Shown: one piece after another, positions 29,646 to 37,528 of the stretch
Layout of the letters: the number at the start of each line of letters is the position of its first letter
Numbering within the stretch: the first letter of the stretch is position 1
Source: a virus
DNA: 64,000 nt
Reading direction: 5' to 3' (one strand)
IMG/VR virus record: IMGVR_UViG_3300027863_001119
Location: 1-64,000 of that record
Made by a program: the position numbers and the translations under genes
The notes under the pieces: model-generated
The model's database searches: none
What the model was told of the DNA's origin: nothing
What the model saw: the letters and a program-made list of their open reading frames with translations, nothing else

Positions 29646-30086
29646 ATGACAAGAATACCAGAAACAAAAACAGTTGTATCTTACGCATATACAGTAAAGG
29701 TAAATGGTAAAGCAGTTGGCACACTTCAAACATTTACTCCATCAGGAACAAGAATGCTTGATCGAGTTCGTGAAATTATGAATGAAGAAAATGATATTGT
29801 AGAAATCGTTCCAGGAAGAACAGAATTTACTGCAACCATTGATAGATTAGAAACTTATGATGAAGCATTAATTCAAGCATTAGGATATGATAATTTTACG
29901 ACACTAGATCAAATTACTACTCCTATTCAAATTATAGAAGAGATAAGTGGCCCGAATGGAAAACGCAGAACCATTCATTATGAGGATTGTTGGATACAAA
30001 GTGTAAACAAAACTATCAGAGAGGGTACCATTACTGTATCAGAATCAGTTACATTATGGGTAACTCGTGTACAAGTTTTATCATAA
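29646..30086 (+). CDS. Tail tube protein
   Basis: 146 aa beta-rich. EIVPG and YEDCWI...ESVT pattern of contractile-tail tubes. Precedes chaperone and tape measure. AGGAG RBS. Confidence 0.75.
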   Translation: MTRIPETKTVVSYAYTVKVNGKAVGTLQTFTPSGTRMLDRVREIMNEENDIVEIVPGRTEFTATIDRLETYDEALIQALGYDNFTTLDQITTPIQIIEEISGPNGKRRTIHYEDCWIQSVNKTIREGTITVSESVTLWVTRVQVLS

Positions 30087-30108
30087 AAAAATAAGGATAC
30101 AATAGCAC

Positions 30109-30786
30109 ATGGAAGAGTTTAGAAACACGTTAATGAGACAGCTTGAAGATTTAGCAGCACTTTCTGAAAGAAACGGCTTAATAGATGTTAAACCTTTTAA
30201 AGACTGGAAAGGAAGTAAGTATTGGTCAAATGCTATATTTAAAATGAGGTTATGTAATGCGGGTGAGGTTTTAGAAATTTCAAACTACGCAGAACAATTT
30301 TCTGGCGACTCAAAGGACCGTGCCATAAAAATAGAGACAGTAGCACGATCTATTTATGAAATAAATGGAATACCAATTGGGTCTCCAGACGAAGTATTAA
30401 AGTATAATCAAAAACATAATACTAACTTAACGAGAGTTGAGTATTTAAGAAATTGGGTAAAAGATTTAGAAACAATAGTTGTTGATACATTATATAGTGT
30501 TTATGTAGCTTTACAACTAAAACAAATTCGCTTAGTAATGGGAGAATCTCAATGCGCAACTTGTGGTAATGTATATGAAAACACTAACCTACCAGATAAT
30601 AGTAAAAAGATAAAATACTCTACGAGCGAAATTATATGTGGAAAATGTATTGAAGAAGGAATAGACACAAAAGATTTTGACATTGAAGTTTTTAAATGTG
30701 AAAAATGTAAAAAGGAGTTTGAAAAATTTGAAGAATTTTCTAAACACAACGACACTTGTACAACAACAGACTTCGACACAATTTAA
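30109..30786 (+). CDS. Tail assembly chaperone-like protein with C-terminal zinc fingers
   Basis: Position after tube. CxxC...CxxC plus CxxC-x9-HxxxC type motifs. Confidence 0.55.
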   Translation: MEEFRNTLMRQLEDLAALSERNGLIDVKPFKDWKGSKYWSNAIFKMRLCNAGEVLEISNYAEQFSGDSKDRAIKIETVARSIYEINGIPIGSPDEVLKYNQKHNTNLTRVEYLRNWVKDLETIVVDTLYSVYVALQLKQIRLVMGESQCATCGNVYENTNLPDNSKKIKYSTSEIICGKCIEEGIDTKDFDIEVFKCEKCKKEFEKFEEFSKHNDTCTTTDFDTI

Positions 30787-31363
30787 TTTTGATGATATTA
30801 CGAATGTCTTATTTTATAATAAAAAACCTGTTTATTTTATTACACCATTTAGGGATATAATAAAGTATCAAATAATAATTCCAACATATTTATCTTTATT
30901 TGATAAAAACACAAGTGATATTTATACAATATTAAAAAGTGCTGTACAAAACGACCGGATATACAATTATCTTTTAAAATTACCTGCATGGATGTTAGGA
31001 AGAGTTATTAAAGAATATAAAGAGGGAATTGAAAAGTGGGAAGATTATATTATTAATAACCTTGAAAAATATTGTGAAACATTTGAAAGCAAACTAAAAT
31101 GGACTTTAGTCAAAACTACGGGGGTAAATACAGTATTAAGTCTGCCATTATCTTTAGAACAGTCTTTATGGATATTTTATTGTAGTAAGAATGATGAAAA
31201 AGAGAAAATAGAATTAATGATAAAACTAAGAGACAGTTTGTTACCTTGGATAAACCCAGAGTTATGGGACAAAGTACAAAAACAAAAGGAAAATGCAAGG
31301 TTTAACTCTGCTTACGAAAAAATACATAAACAAATATTAGAAGAGTTAGACATAATTAAGTAG
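30728..31363 (+). CDS. Second tail assembly chaperone-like protein (pre-tape-measure)
   Basis: Likely TTG start at 30728 with AGGAG 10 nt upstream. Tracked ORF is 30677..31363. Confidence 0.55.
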   Translation: MKNFLNTTTLVQQQTSTQFNFDDITNVLFYNKKPVYFITPFRDIIKYQIIIPTYLSLFDKNTSDIYTILKSAVQNDRIYNYLLKLPAWMLGRVIKEYKEGIEKWEDYIINNLEKYCETFESKLKWTLVKTTGVNTVLSLPLSLEQSLWIFYCSKNDEKEKIELMIKLRDSLLPWINPELWDKVQKQKENARFNSAYEKIHKQILEELDIIK

Positions 31364-31368
31364 GGTAT

Positions 31369-33507
31369 ATGGCAACTGAAGGAATAAAACCAGAAGATTT
31401 AAATAATCTCTCAGGAAGTGCAGAAAACTTAAGAGAAGGTTTTAAAAATGCGTCATTAGGAGCATTTACTCTTACAGAAGAAACTACTGGATTATTAGGA
31501 GTATTACAAGAATTAGGAAGTACCTTAGATTTTATTACAAGAAACCCTCTTGTTAGTTTTACATTTTTTGAGAAAATAGGAAGATCGTTACAAAAAGAAA
31601 TTATTCAACATTTAAGAGAAGTTAAAAACTTAACAGATGCTCAAGTAGCATCTTGGAATAAATGGGCATCTGTAATTAATTTTACTACAAGCTCATTGTT
31701 ATCATTTACTACAAAAGTAGCATATTTACAATCTCAATTAAGAGCAGGTACTATAGATTTAAGTAGGTACTTTAACTTAAATGCTTTGCCGTATGGCGCT
31801 CCTTTTGAAACTGTGTATCAAGTTCAACGAATGAGAGCATTACAGACTTTACAGTTAAATGCAGACTTTGCAAAGGCCAACGCAGAAATTAAACAAATGT
31901 TAGGGAGATTAATTACACCAGAACAGATTTCAAGCGTTACAGGAATGAGAGGACTAATGGCAAAAGAAGTATACGAAAATTTTATGAAACAAATTACTTT
32001 ATACTCTCGTGCATATCCAGAAGCTAACATTCCACGACTAGCAGGAAGATTATATGAGGAGTATGGCGGTTTTGGAATGACTCCTCTTGCCGCAATAAAT
32101 GCTGCTATGTATTTCTCGCGTATGGCAGCTTATGGTAGAATGATTCCAACCGCAGATGTTGGGGAAAATATGAATATTTTGTTAAGAACTGCAGAGTTGT
32201 ATAAAAGTAGGGGATTAGGAGTAAAATCATTTGAAATGGCTCAAGCTTCAATATTAGGATTATCTCAAGTAAGAGGAGCGGGAGGAGAACCTTTACCTTT
32301 AACTTTAATTACTGAATTATTAAGTATGTATCCTGGCAGAGCTCCAGAACAAGAAATTTTAATGAGAGCCTTAGGAGTACCTTTAACACAAAGAGCACAA
32401 TATTTAGGAACTTACGGTCCATTGTTTACAATTCAAGCATTACAAAAGTGGGCTAAAAGTAAAGGATTAGCAGGAATGCCAGGAAGTGAAGTTCAGGATA
32501 TTGTTACAAGAGAATTAGGATCGAAGATGGGAAGATCTTATCAAGAGTTAATTACTTTAGCACAATTACCTGATATTACCTTTAAGGTACAAGATATAGA
32601 AAAAGTAGTTAAGAGTATAAATTCATTAAATACAGAACAAGTAAATTCATTAAAAAACTTTATACAAGGAATACCAGATAGACATGCAAGAGAACTAGAA
32701 CAAAGAGAAAAGAGAGCTCGAAAATTACCAGACGTAATAGGAGGCTTTCTTGATTGGATTTCTACACAAGCTGCAGGGAAGGCAGAGGACTTAGGAATTT
32801 CTCCATTACTTTTACAATCTATAATCGGAGGTCTTGTTAGTGGAGCTCTTGCTTATACAGGAATTAAAGGGATAAAAAAACTTAAAGGAATTGCAGGGGC
32901 GCTTACAAAATCTGGTGGATTAAGAGACATTATTTTAGGAGGTAAAGTTGCAGGAGAGGTTGCAGAAGGAGTAGGAGGTAAGGTTGCTGGGGAAGTTGCA
33001 GAAGAAGTAGCAACAAAGGTAGGTACAAAACTCGGTTTAGGGGCATTAGGAAAAACAGTATCAAAATTCTTTGGACCAATAGGTGCTATACTTGCTGTTT
33101 ATGATATAGTAGATTTATTAGTTGATTCAATAAATAGACAAAGTGAGTTAACACAAGCAGAGAGAGAGTATAAAAAGATTGAAGAAGTATCAAAAGGAAT
33201 AGGAACTACACCAGGTAAGTTTTTTAGATCTCCTCAAGGTTTCAAATCTCTTAGTAAATATATGACTACTCCTTCAGTATCAGACGCAACTGGAGTTAGT
33301 CTTGGCAAAGAGCTTAGTAAATTAGATACGACAAGAGAAGATGCTTTATCTGCTTTAAAAGACAAATCTTCTTCTGGTACATTAAATGTTATATTTTCAA
33401 CTTCCTCTGGAATAAATCTTGGAGAAACAATAGCTGAGATAGGAAAAGAAACATTTATTAATATAAACATTGGCGCAATTATAAATTCAATGTCAGGAAG
33501 ATCTTAA
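31369..33507 (+). CDS. Tape measure protein (712 aa)
   Basis: Ala/Gly/Leu-rich helical protein after tube and chaperones, with hydrophobic G-rich segments (FGPIGAILAV). Confidence 0.65.
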   Translation: MATEGIKPEDLNNLSGSAENLREGFKNASLGAFTLTEETTGLLGVLQELGSTLDFITRNPLVSFTFFEKIGRSLQKEIIQHLREVKNLTDAQVASWNKWASVINFTTSSLLSFTTKVAYLQSQLRAGTIDLSRYFNLNALPYGAPFETVYQVQRMRALQTLQLNADFAKANAEIKQMLGRLITPEQISSVTGMRGLMAKEVYENFMKQITLYSRAYPEANIPRLAGRLYEEYGGFGMTPLAAINAAMYFSRMAAYGRMIPTADVGENMNILLRTAELYKSRGLGVKSFEMAQASILGLSQVRGAGGEPLPLTLITELLSMYPGRAPEQEILMRALGVPLTQRAQYLGTYGPLFTIQALQKWAKSKGLAGMPGSEVQDIVTRELGSKMGRSYQELITLAQLPDITFKVQDIEKVVKSINSLNTEQVNSLKNFIQGIPDRHARELEQREKRARKLPDVIGGFLDWISTQAAGKAEDLGISPLLLQSIIGGLVSGALAYTGIKGIKKLKGIAGALTKSGGLRDIILGGKVAGEVAEGVGGKVAGEVAEEVATKVGTKLGLGALGKTVSKFFGPIGAILAVYDIVDLLVDSINRQSELTQAEREYKKIEEVSKGIGTTPGKFFRSPQGFKSLSKYMTTPSVSDATGVSLGKELSKLDTTREDALSALKDKSSSGTLNVIFSTSSGINLGETIAEIGKETFININIGAIINSMSGRS

Positions 33508-33508
33508 T

Positions 33509-34267
33509 ATGTCAAGAATATCAATGAAAATATACAAAGTTCCAGTAGTTCCTTCATCTGAAATAAAAACAAAATTAAATTCTCAGAATTACTTAATAGG
33601 AGTTACAGAAGCAGATATAGTAAAGAAAGAAGATGACTACTTACATATTACTCTTACTCCTAATAATTTTTCTTCAAATGATGCATCTAAGATATTTCTT
33701 AGTTCTTCAATGCCGATAGATTGTGTAGTACAAAAGGATAGTGTAACAAACGAGTATTACGTACTCTTAACGGAAACTAATACAAAATATTATATACCTA
33801 AGAGTTTTGGTGTTGAAAGAAGAGAATTCGATCAAATCTTTGAATTCTATGTAAATCCAATAAGAGTAACTCCTATTTATAGGAAGATATATAACGAAAT
33901 TAGAACAAGAGGAGGATGGGAGGTACAACACTGGGGAAATGCGTTAACAGAATTAAAAGTAGATTGTATAACTGGAGGGATGTTATTAAAAGAAGATGGT
34001 TCTAAATTATCTAAAACTGAATCTATCGTAGAATCTCAAGCGTGGAAGAAAGTACAAAAACTAAGACAGATATATGAAGAAGATCATAAGTATAGAAATC
34101 AACCTTTAAAAAGTTTACTTGGCATAAATTATTATGATCTTTTTTTGATAGGCTTTTTCACAGAGTTTAGCGGGCCGATAGCAGATGCTGAAAAACCTTA
34201 TCTTATGACATTTGGGTTTACATTCAAAGTATTAGACTATATGCAGTTGGATACTGCATATATGTAA
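33509..34267 (+). CDS. Baseplate tail-tube initiator-like protein
   Basis: FYVNP...RTRGGWEVQHWG...GFFxEF pattern, located after tape measure. Confidence 0.55.
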   Translation: MSRISMKIYKVPVVPSSEIKTKLNSQNYLIGVTEADIVKKEDDYLHITLTPNNFSSNDASKIFLSSSMPIDCVVQKDSVTNEYYVLLTETNTKYYIPKSFGVERREFDQIFEFYVNPIRVTPIYRKIYNEIRTRGGWEVQHWGNALTELKVDCITGGMLLKEDGSKLSKTESIVESQAWKKVQKLRQIYEEDHKYRNQPLKSLLGINYYDLFLIGFFTEFSGPIADAEKPYLMTFGFTFKVLDYMQLDTAYM

Positions 34268-34295
34268 GTTTTTGAATATAGGAGGTTAAAGAAAA

Positions 34296-34853
34296 ATGAG
34301 AATTTTAAAGTTTAGTTATAGCTATACACAACTTAATGAAGATAGTATAAAAGAAGGAAAATTAAAGATTGGAGACTATGTAACGCCTACTACTACAATT
34401 GTATCTCCGGAAGAAACACTTGCTGTATATCCTGGAGAATTTTACAGAGTAGTAGAATTTTTACCTTCTAAATACAAAGGAGGGTTTGTAATTGATGTTG
34501 AAGGAAATAAATGGGGGTTTTGGTTTTCAAAAGAAGGATTAGGTGAGTACTTTCAAAAGGTAGAAATGTCTAAACAAGACAAGATGGAAGTAACATATGG
34601 AGAACTTCCTTACAAGATTTTACAAACATTAAATGAAAAAGGGTTGTTATCTCTCGACAACATTGTAGAGATTGTTTTAAATCAAAAATTAAGTGTTCCT
34701 CCTGAAAATGTACGTAAAGTAAAAACAGAAATTATAAAAGCAGTTTATGCTTTACAAGAATTACAATTTATTGCTCCTACTGTTGTTGTAAAAGATGGTC
34801 AAAAAACATATATGATTACTCCAAAAGGAAAACAATATTTAAAAGCAGATTAA
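34296..34853 (+). CDS. Hypothetical protein with probable C-terminal winged helix
   Basis: GGAGG RBS. The C-terminal LxxLxFI...YMITPKGKQYL is wHTH-like. Confidence 0.5.
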   Translation: MRILKFSYSYTQLNEDSIKEGKLKIGDYVTPTTTIVSPEETLAVYPGEFYRVVEFLPSKYKGGFVIDVEGNKWGFWFSKEGLGEYFQKVEMSKQDKMEVTYGELPYKILQTLNEKGLLSLDNIVEIVLNQKLSVPPENVRKVKTEIIKAVYALQELQFIAPTVVVKDGQKTYMITPKGKQYLKAD

Positions 34854-34857
34854 GATT

Positions 34858-36876
34858 ATGTCGTGGCAAAACATTACACATTATTATCCTAACGCAATGC
34901 TCATATTTGTTTCGTCTTATCAGAAAGATAGCAATAATTTATCATCTGTAGTATTTTCTAATTTAGGAGACGTTAAGGAAATACAATCTATTCGTGTTTC
35001 TTTAACAGTAAAGTCATCTCCTGGAACTTTAAGCGCCACAATAGTTAATACAGGTAAAAAGTTTTTTAGAGAAGACGATCCAGAAAAGGAAATTCCAATA
35101 TTATATAACTATAGTAATAAAAAGAAAAAAATAAATGTGTATGCAAATATCTCATCAAATTCGCAACTTATGGATTCTTTCAGAACAGTCTCAGAAGAAG
35201 AGCATAGTAATTTTTATGAATTCAGTAGTTACGATGAATGGGAAAAGTATGAATACATAATTCTTGAAGATAAAGAAACTCAATTAAGATATCCTCTTTT
35301 TAATACAAGAAATTCATTAGGTAAAGTTCAAGAATATTGGACATATGATATAGACGGGAATATAATTGTTATAAAAGATATTAATCAGATAAAACAAAAG
35401 GTATCGGGAGAAGAAATTCTTATAAATGTTAACAATAGTACGAGAGTATTTATTATATACAAGTATAATAATCAAGCGTTTACTACTACATACAAAGATA
35501 TTGATGTACAAGGTAAAGGGAAAAAGTATGAAAGAGGAAGATGTAGAATCGAACCGATGGACAGAGTAATTTGTTATATGTCAAAAAGGTTTGATAATCG
35601 AAAAGTATCTGATATGATTAGAGTATTTACAGGAGTAGTAGATAGTGTAGAAGACAGCTATAGTGGAGACCAAGAACTTTTAAATATCCAATGTACAGAT
35701 GTTACTAAGTATATGAAACTTTCTTACATAAATGTAAATCCCGCATTGTTACTTGACAAAGCAACTGATATTAATCAAACTCCAGATCAAAAACTAACTA
35801 TTTGGACTAGTATACTAAAAGGACTTAGGGCTCCAGATATCATACGTTTAGTAACTTTAGGACATAAACATTTATCTAAGAAAACATCTCAAACACAATC
35901 TATCGATGGTATTGGATATTATGATGCTTCAAATGTTCCCAAAATAGGAACTCGTATTAGATTTAGTCCAGAAGACAATTCCTTTATAGAAGTAACTCAA
36001 GATGGTAATAGAAAGAAAATAAGTTTTAAAGAAGCATTAGGGGCGTTGTTTACAACAAGTACTGTTCATATAGTAGATCCTTTTAATAAAAACACTCATT
36101 TGAAAGGATTTCGCCCATACGAAATTTCTTTATCATTATCTTGGAGTTACTATCAAGGAGAATGGAAAACGAGAAGAGAAATAGCAGAAAGAGTTGCAGA
36201 AGATAGTCATTTTAACTTTTATGCAGATCGTAATGGGGAAATTTGGTTTCATCCTCTAAGGTTTGACAACTCTTGGATTTTTGCGTGTGAAGATCCTAGA
36301 ATTTATATTATTGACACAGACAGTATAATAAGCTATGGATTTGTAGAATCAGATCAAAATATATACTCTACTGTTTATGCTTCTACCGAACCAGATTTTG
36401 CTTATGAATCTTTGCAGTCATTAGGGTGGTATGCAAGAACAGTAAGAGATGATGGAGTTACTATGAAATATGGCCAAAGATTTTTTACAGTTCACAATCC
36501 TATTATAAACACTAAAGATAAAACGGATAAAGCAATCATTGCATTTGCAAAATCAGTTTTGCAAAGATTACTTGCAGGAAGGTATCAAGGACAAGTTACA
36601 ATAGTAGGTAGACCAGAGATTGATCCTGGCAGACCTGTATATATTCCATTAGTTAATAGAGTTTATTATGTAGAAACAGTTGAACATAGTTTTTCTTTTG
36701 GTAGTCAATTTACTACTACACTAAGTTTAAGTTATGGAAGAAAACCATGGGAATATTTACCAGAGATTATTTCTTTTTCGGAAAGCGACGAGATTTACTT
36801 AGTTGATGCACACGTTTATCAATATGTAGAAACCTTAACTAACGAAGCAAAGAAAAATGTCAAAAATCCGAAGTAA
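34858..36876 (+). CDS. Baseplate hub protein (gp27/gpD-like)
   Basis: VFTGVV...CTDVTK, FYADRNGEIWF, and C-terminal GRPEIDPG...YYVETVEHSF...TTTLSL. Confidence 0.7.
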   Translation: MSWQNITHYYPNAMLIFVSSYQKDSNNLSSVVFSNLGDVKEIQSIRVSLTVKSSPGTLSATIVNTGKKFFREDDPEKEIPILYNYSNKKKKINVYANISSNSQLMDSFRTVSEEEHSNFYEFSSYDEWEKYEYIILEDKETQLRYPLFNTRNSLGKVQEYWTYDIDGNIIVIKDINQIKQKVSGEEILINVNNSTRVFIIYKYNNQAFTTTYKDIDVQGKGKKYERGRCRIEPMDRVICYMSKRFDNRKVSDMIRVFTGVVDSVEDSYSGDQELLNIQCTDVTKYMKLSYINVNPALLLDKATDINQTPDQKLTIWTSILKGLRAPDIIRLVTLGHKHLSKKTSQTQSIDGIGYYDASNVPKIGTRIRFSPEDNSFIEVTQDGNRKKISFKEALGALFTTSTVHIVDPFNKNTHLKGFRPYEISLSLSWSYYQGEWKTRREIAERVAEDSHFNFYADRNGEIWFHPLRFDNSWIFACEDPRIYIIDTDSIISYGFVESDQNIYSTVYASTEPDFAYESLQSLGWYARTVRDDGVTMKYGQRFFTVHNPIINTKDKTDKAIIAFAKSVLQRLLAGRYQGQVTIVGRPEIDPGRPVYIPLVNRVYYVETVEHSFSFGSQFTTTLSLSYGRKPWEYLPEIISFSESDEIYLVDAHVYQYVETLTNEAKKNVKNPK

Positions 36877-37522
36877 TAGAGATATTAAATACGTAATAAT
36901 TCAGCATACTGGAGATTCTATTCCTATAACTGCAACAGAATTAAATCAATATCACTTACAGATGGGAGATTATGGACCTCCTTATGATATTATAATAGAT
37001 TCTTTTGGTAATTTATCTTTATCTCAACGGTGGACAAGATCTCAAAAAAGAGAACTATTAGAAGTAAACGCATCTTTTTATAAAATTTTTTACTACAAAG
37101 AACATTTTTACATAGATATATTACCTATATATTATCAAGACAAAAGTTTAGTTATTGGAGTTATAGGAGATTTTGATAATGTTAGGCCTAATTCTTTTAT
37201 TTATAATACTTTAGTTAAAGTTTTAACTGAGATAAATAATAATTTAAATATTGATTTATACACTGACCTACTTTATTATTATGAAATATATAATACTACT
37301 TCTCCAGGAGTTTTCTTTTTTGATAAGATTAAACTAATTAAAGATGTAACAAAAGCTAAAAAATCAGTATTTATACCTTATATTTATAAGAAAGAAATTG
37401 TTGATACTGGAGGAATTATTGATAAAGAACAATCTAAGGAAGAGGATATAAGTGGAGTTTTACTATATGAAGATAATACTATAATGTTTAGTGAAGATAA
37501 TACATATATACAATTGGAGTAA
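36857..37522 (+). CDS. Amidase_2/PGRP-fold protein with degenerate zinc ligands
   Basis: IKYVIIQHT...YDIII...IGVIGDF...TSPG follows the T7-lysozyme layout, but His and Cys ligands are replaced. Confidence 0.6.
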   Translation: MSKIRSNRDIKYVIIQHTGDSIPITATELNQYHLQMGDYGPPYDIIIDSFGNLSLSQRWTRSQKRELLEVNASFYKIFYYKEHFYIDILPIYYQDKSLVIGVIGDFDNVRPNSFIYNTLVKVLTEINNNLNIDLYTDLLYYYEIYNTTSPGVFFFDKIKLIKDVTKAKKSVFIPYIYKKEIVDTGGIIDKEQSKEEDISGVLLYEDNTIMFSEDNTYIQLE

Positions 37523-37528
37523 TAAAAT

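Noticed and set aside
30677-30786. Programmed G/GT-type frameshift between the two chaperone ORFs
   Set aside because: The second ORF is in the +1/-2 frame, I see no suitable slippery site, and it has its own AGGAG plus TTG start at 30728.
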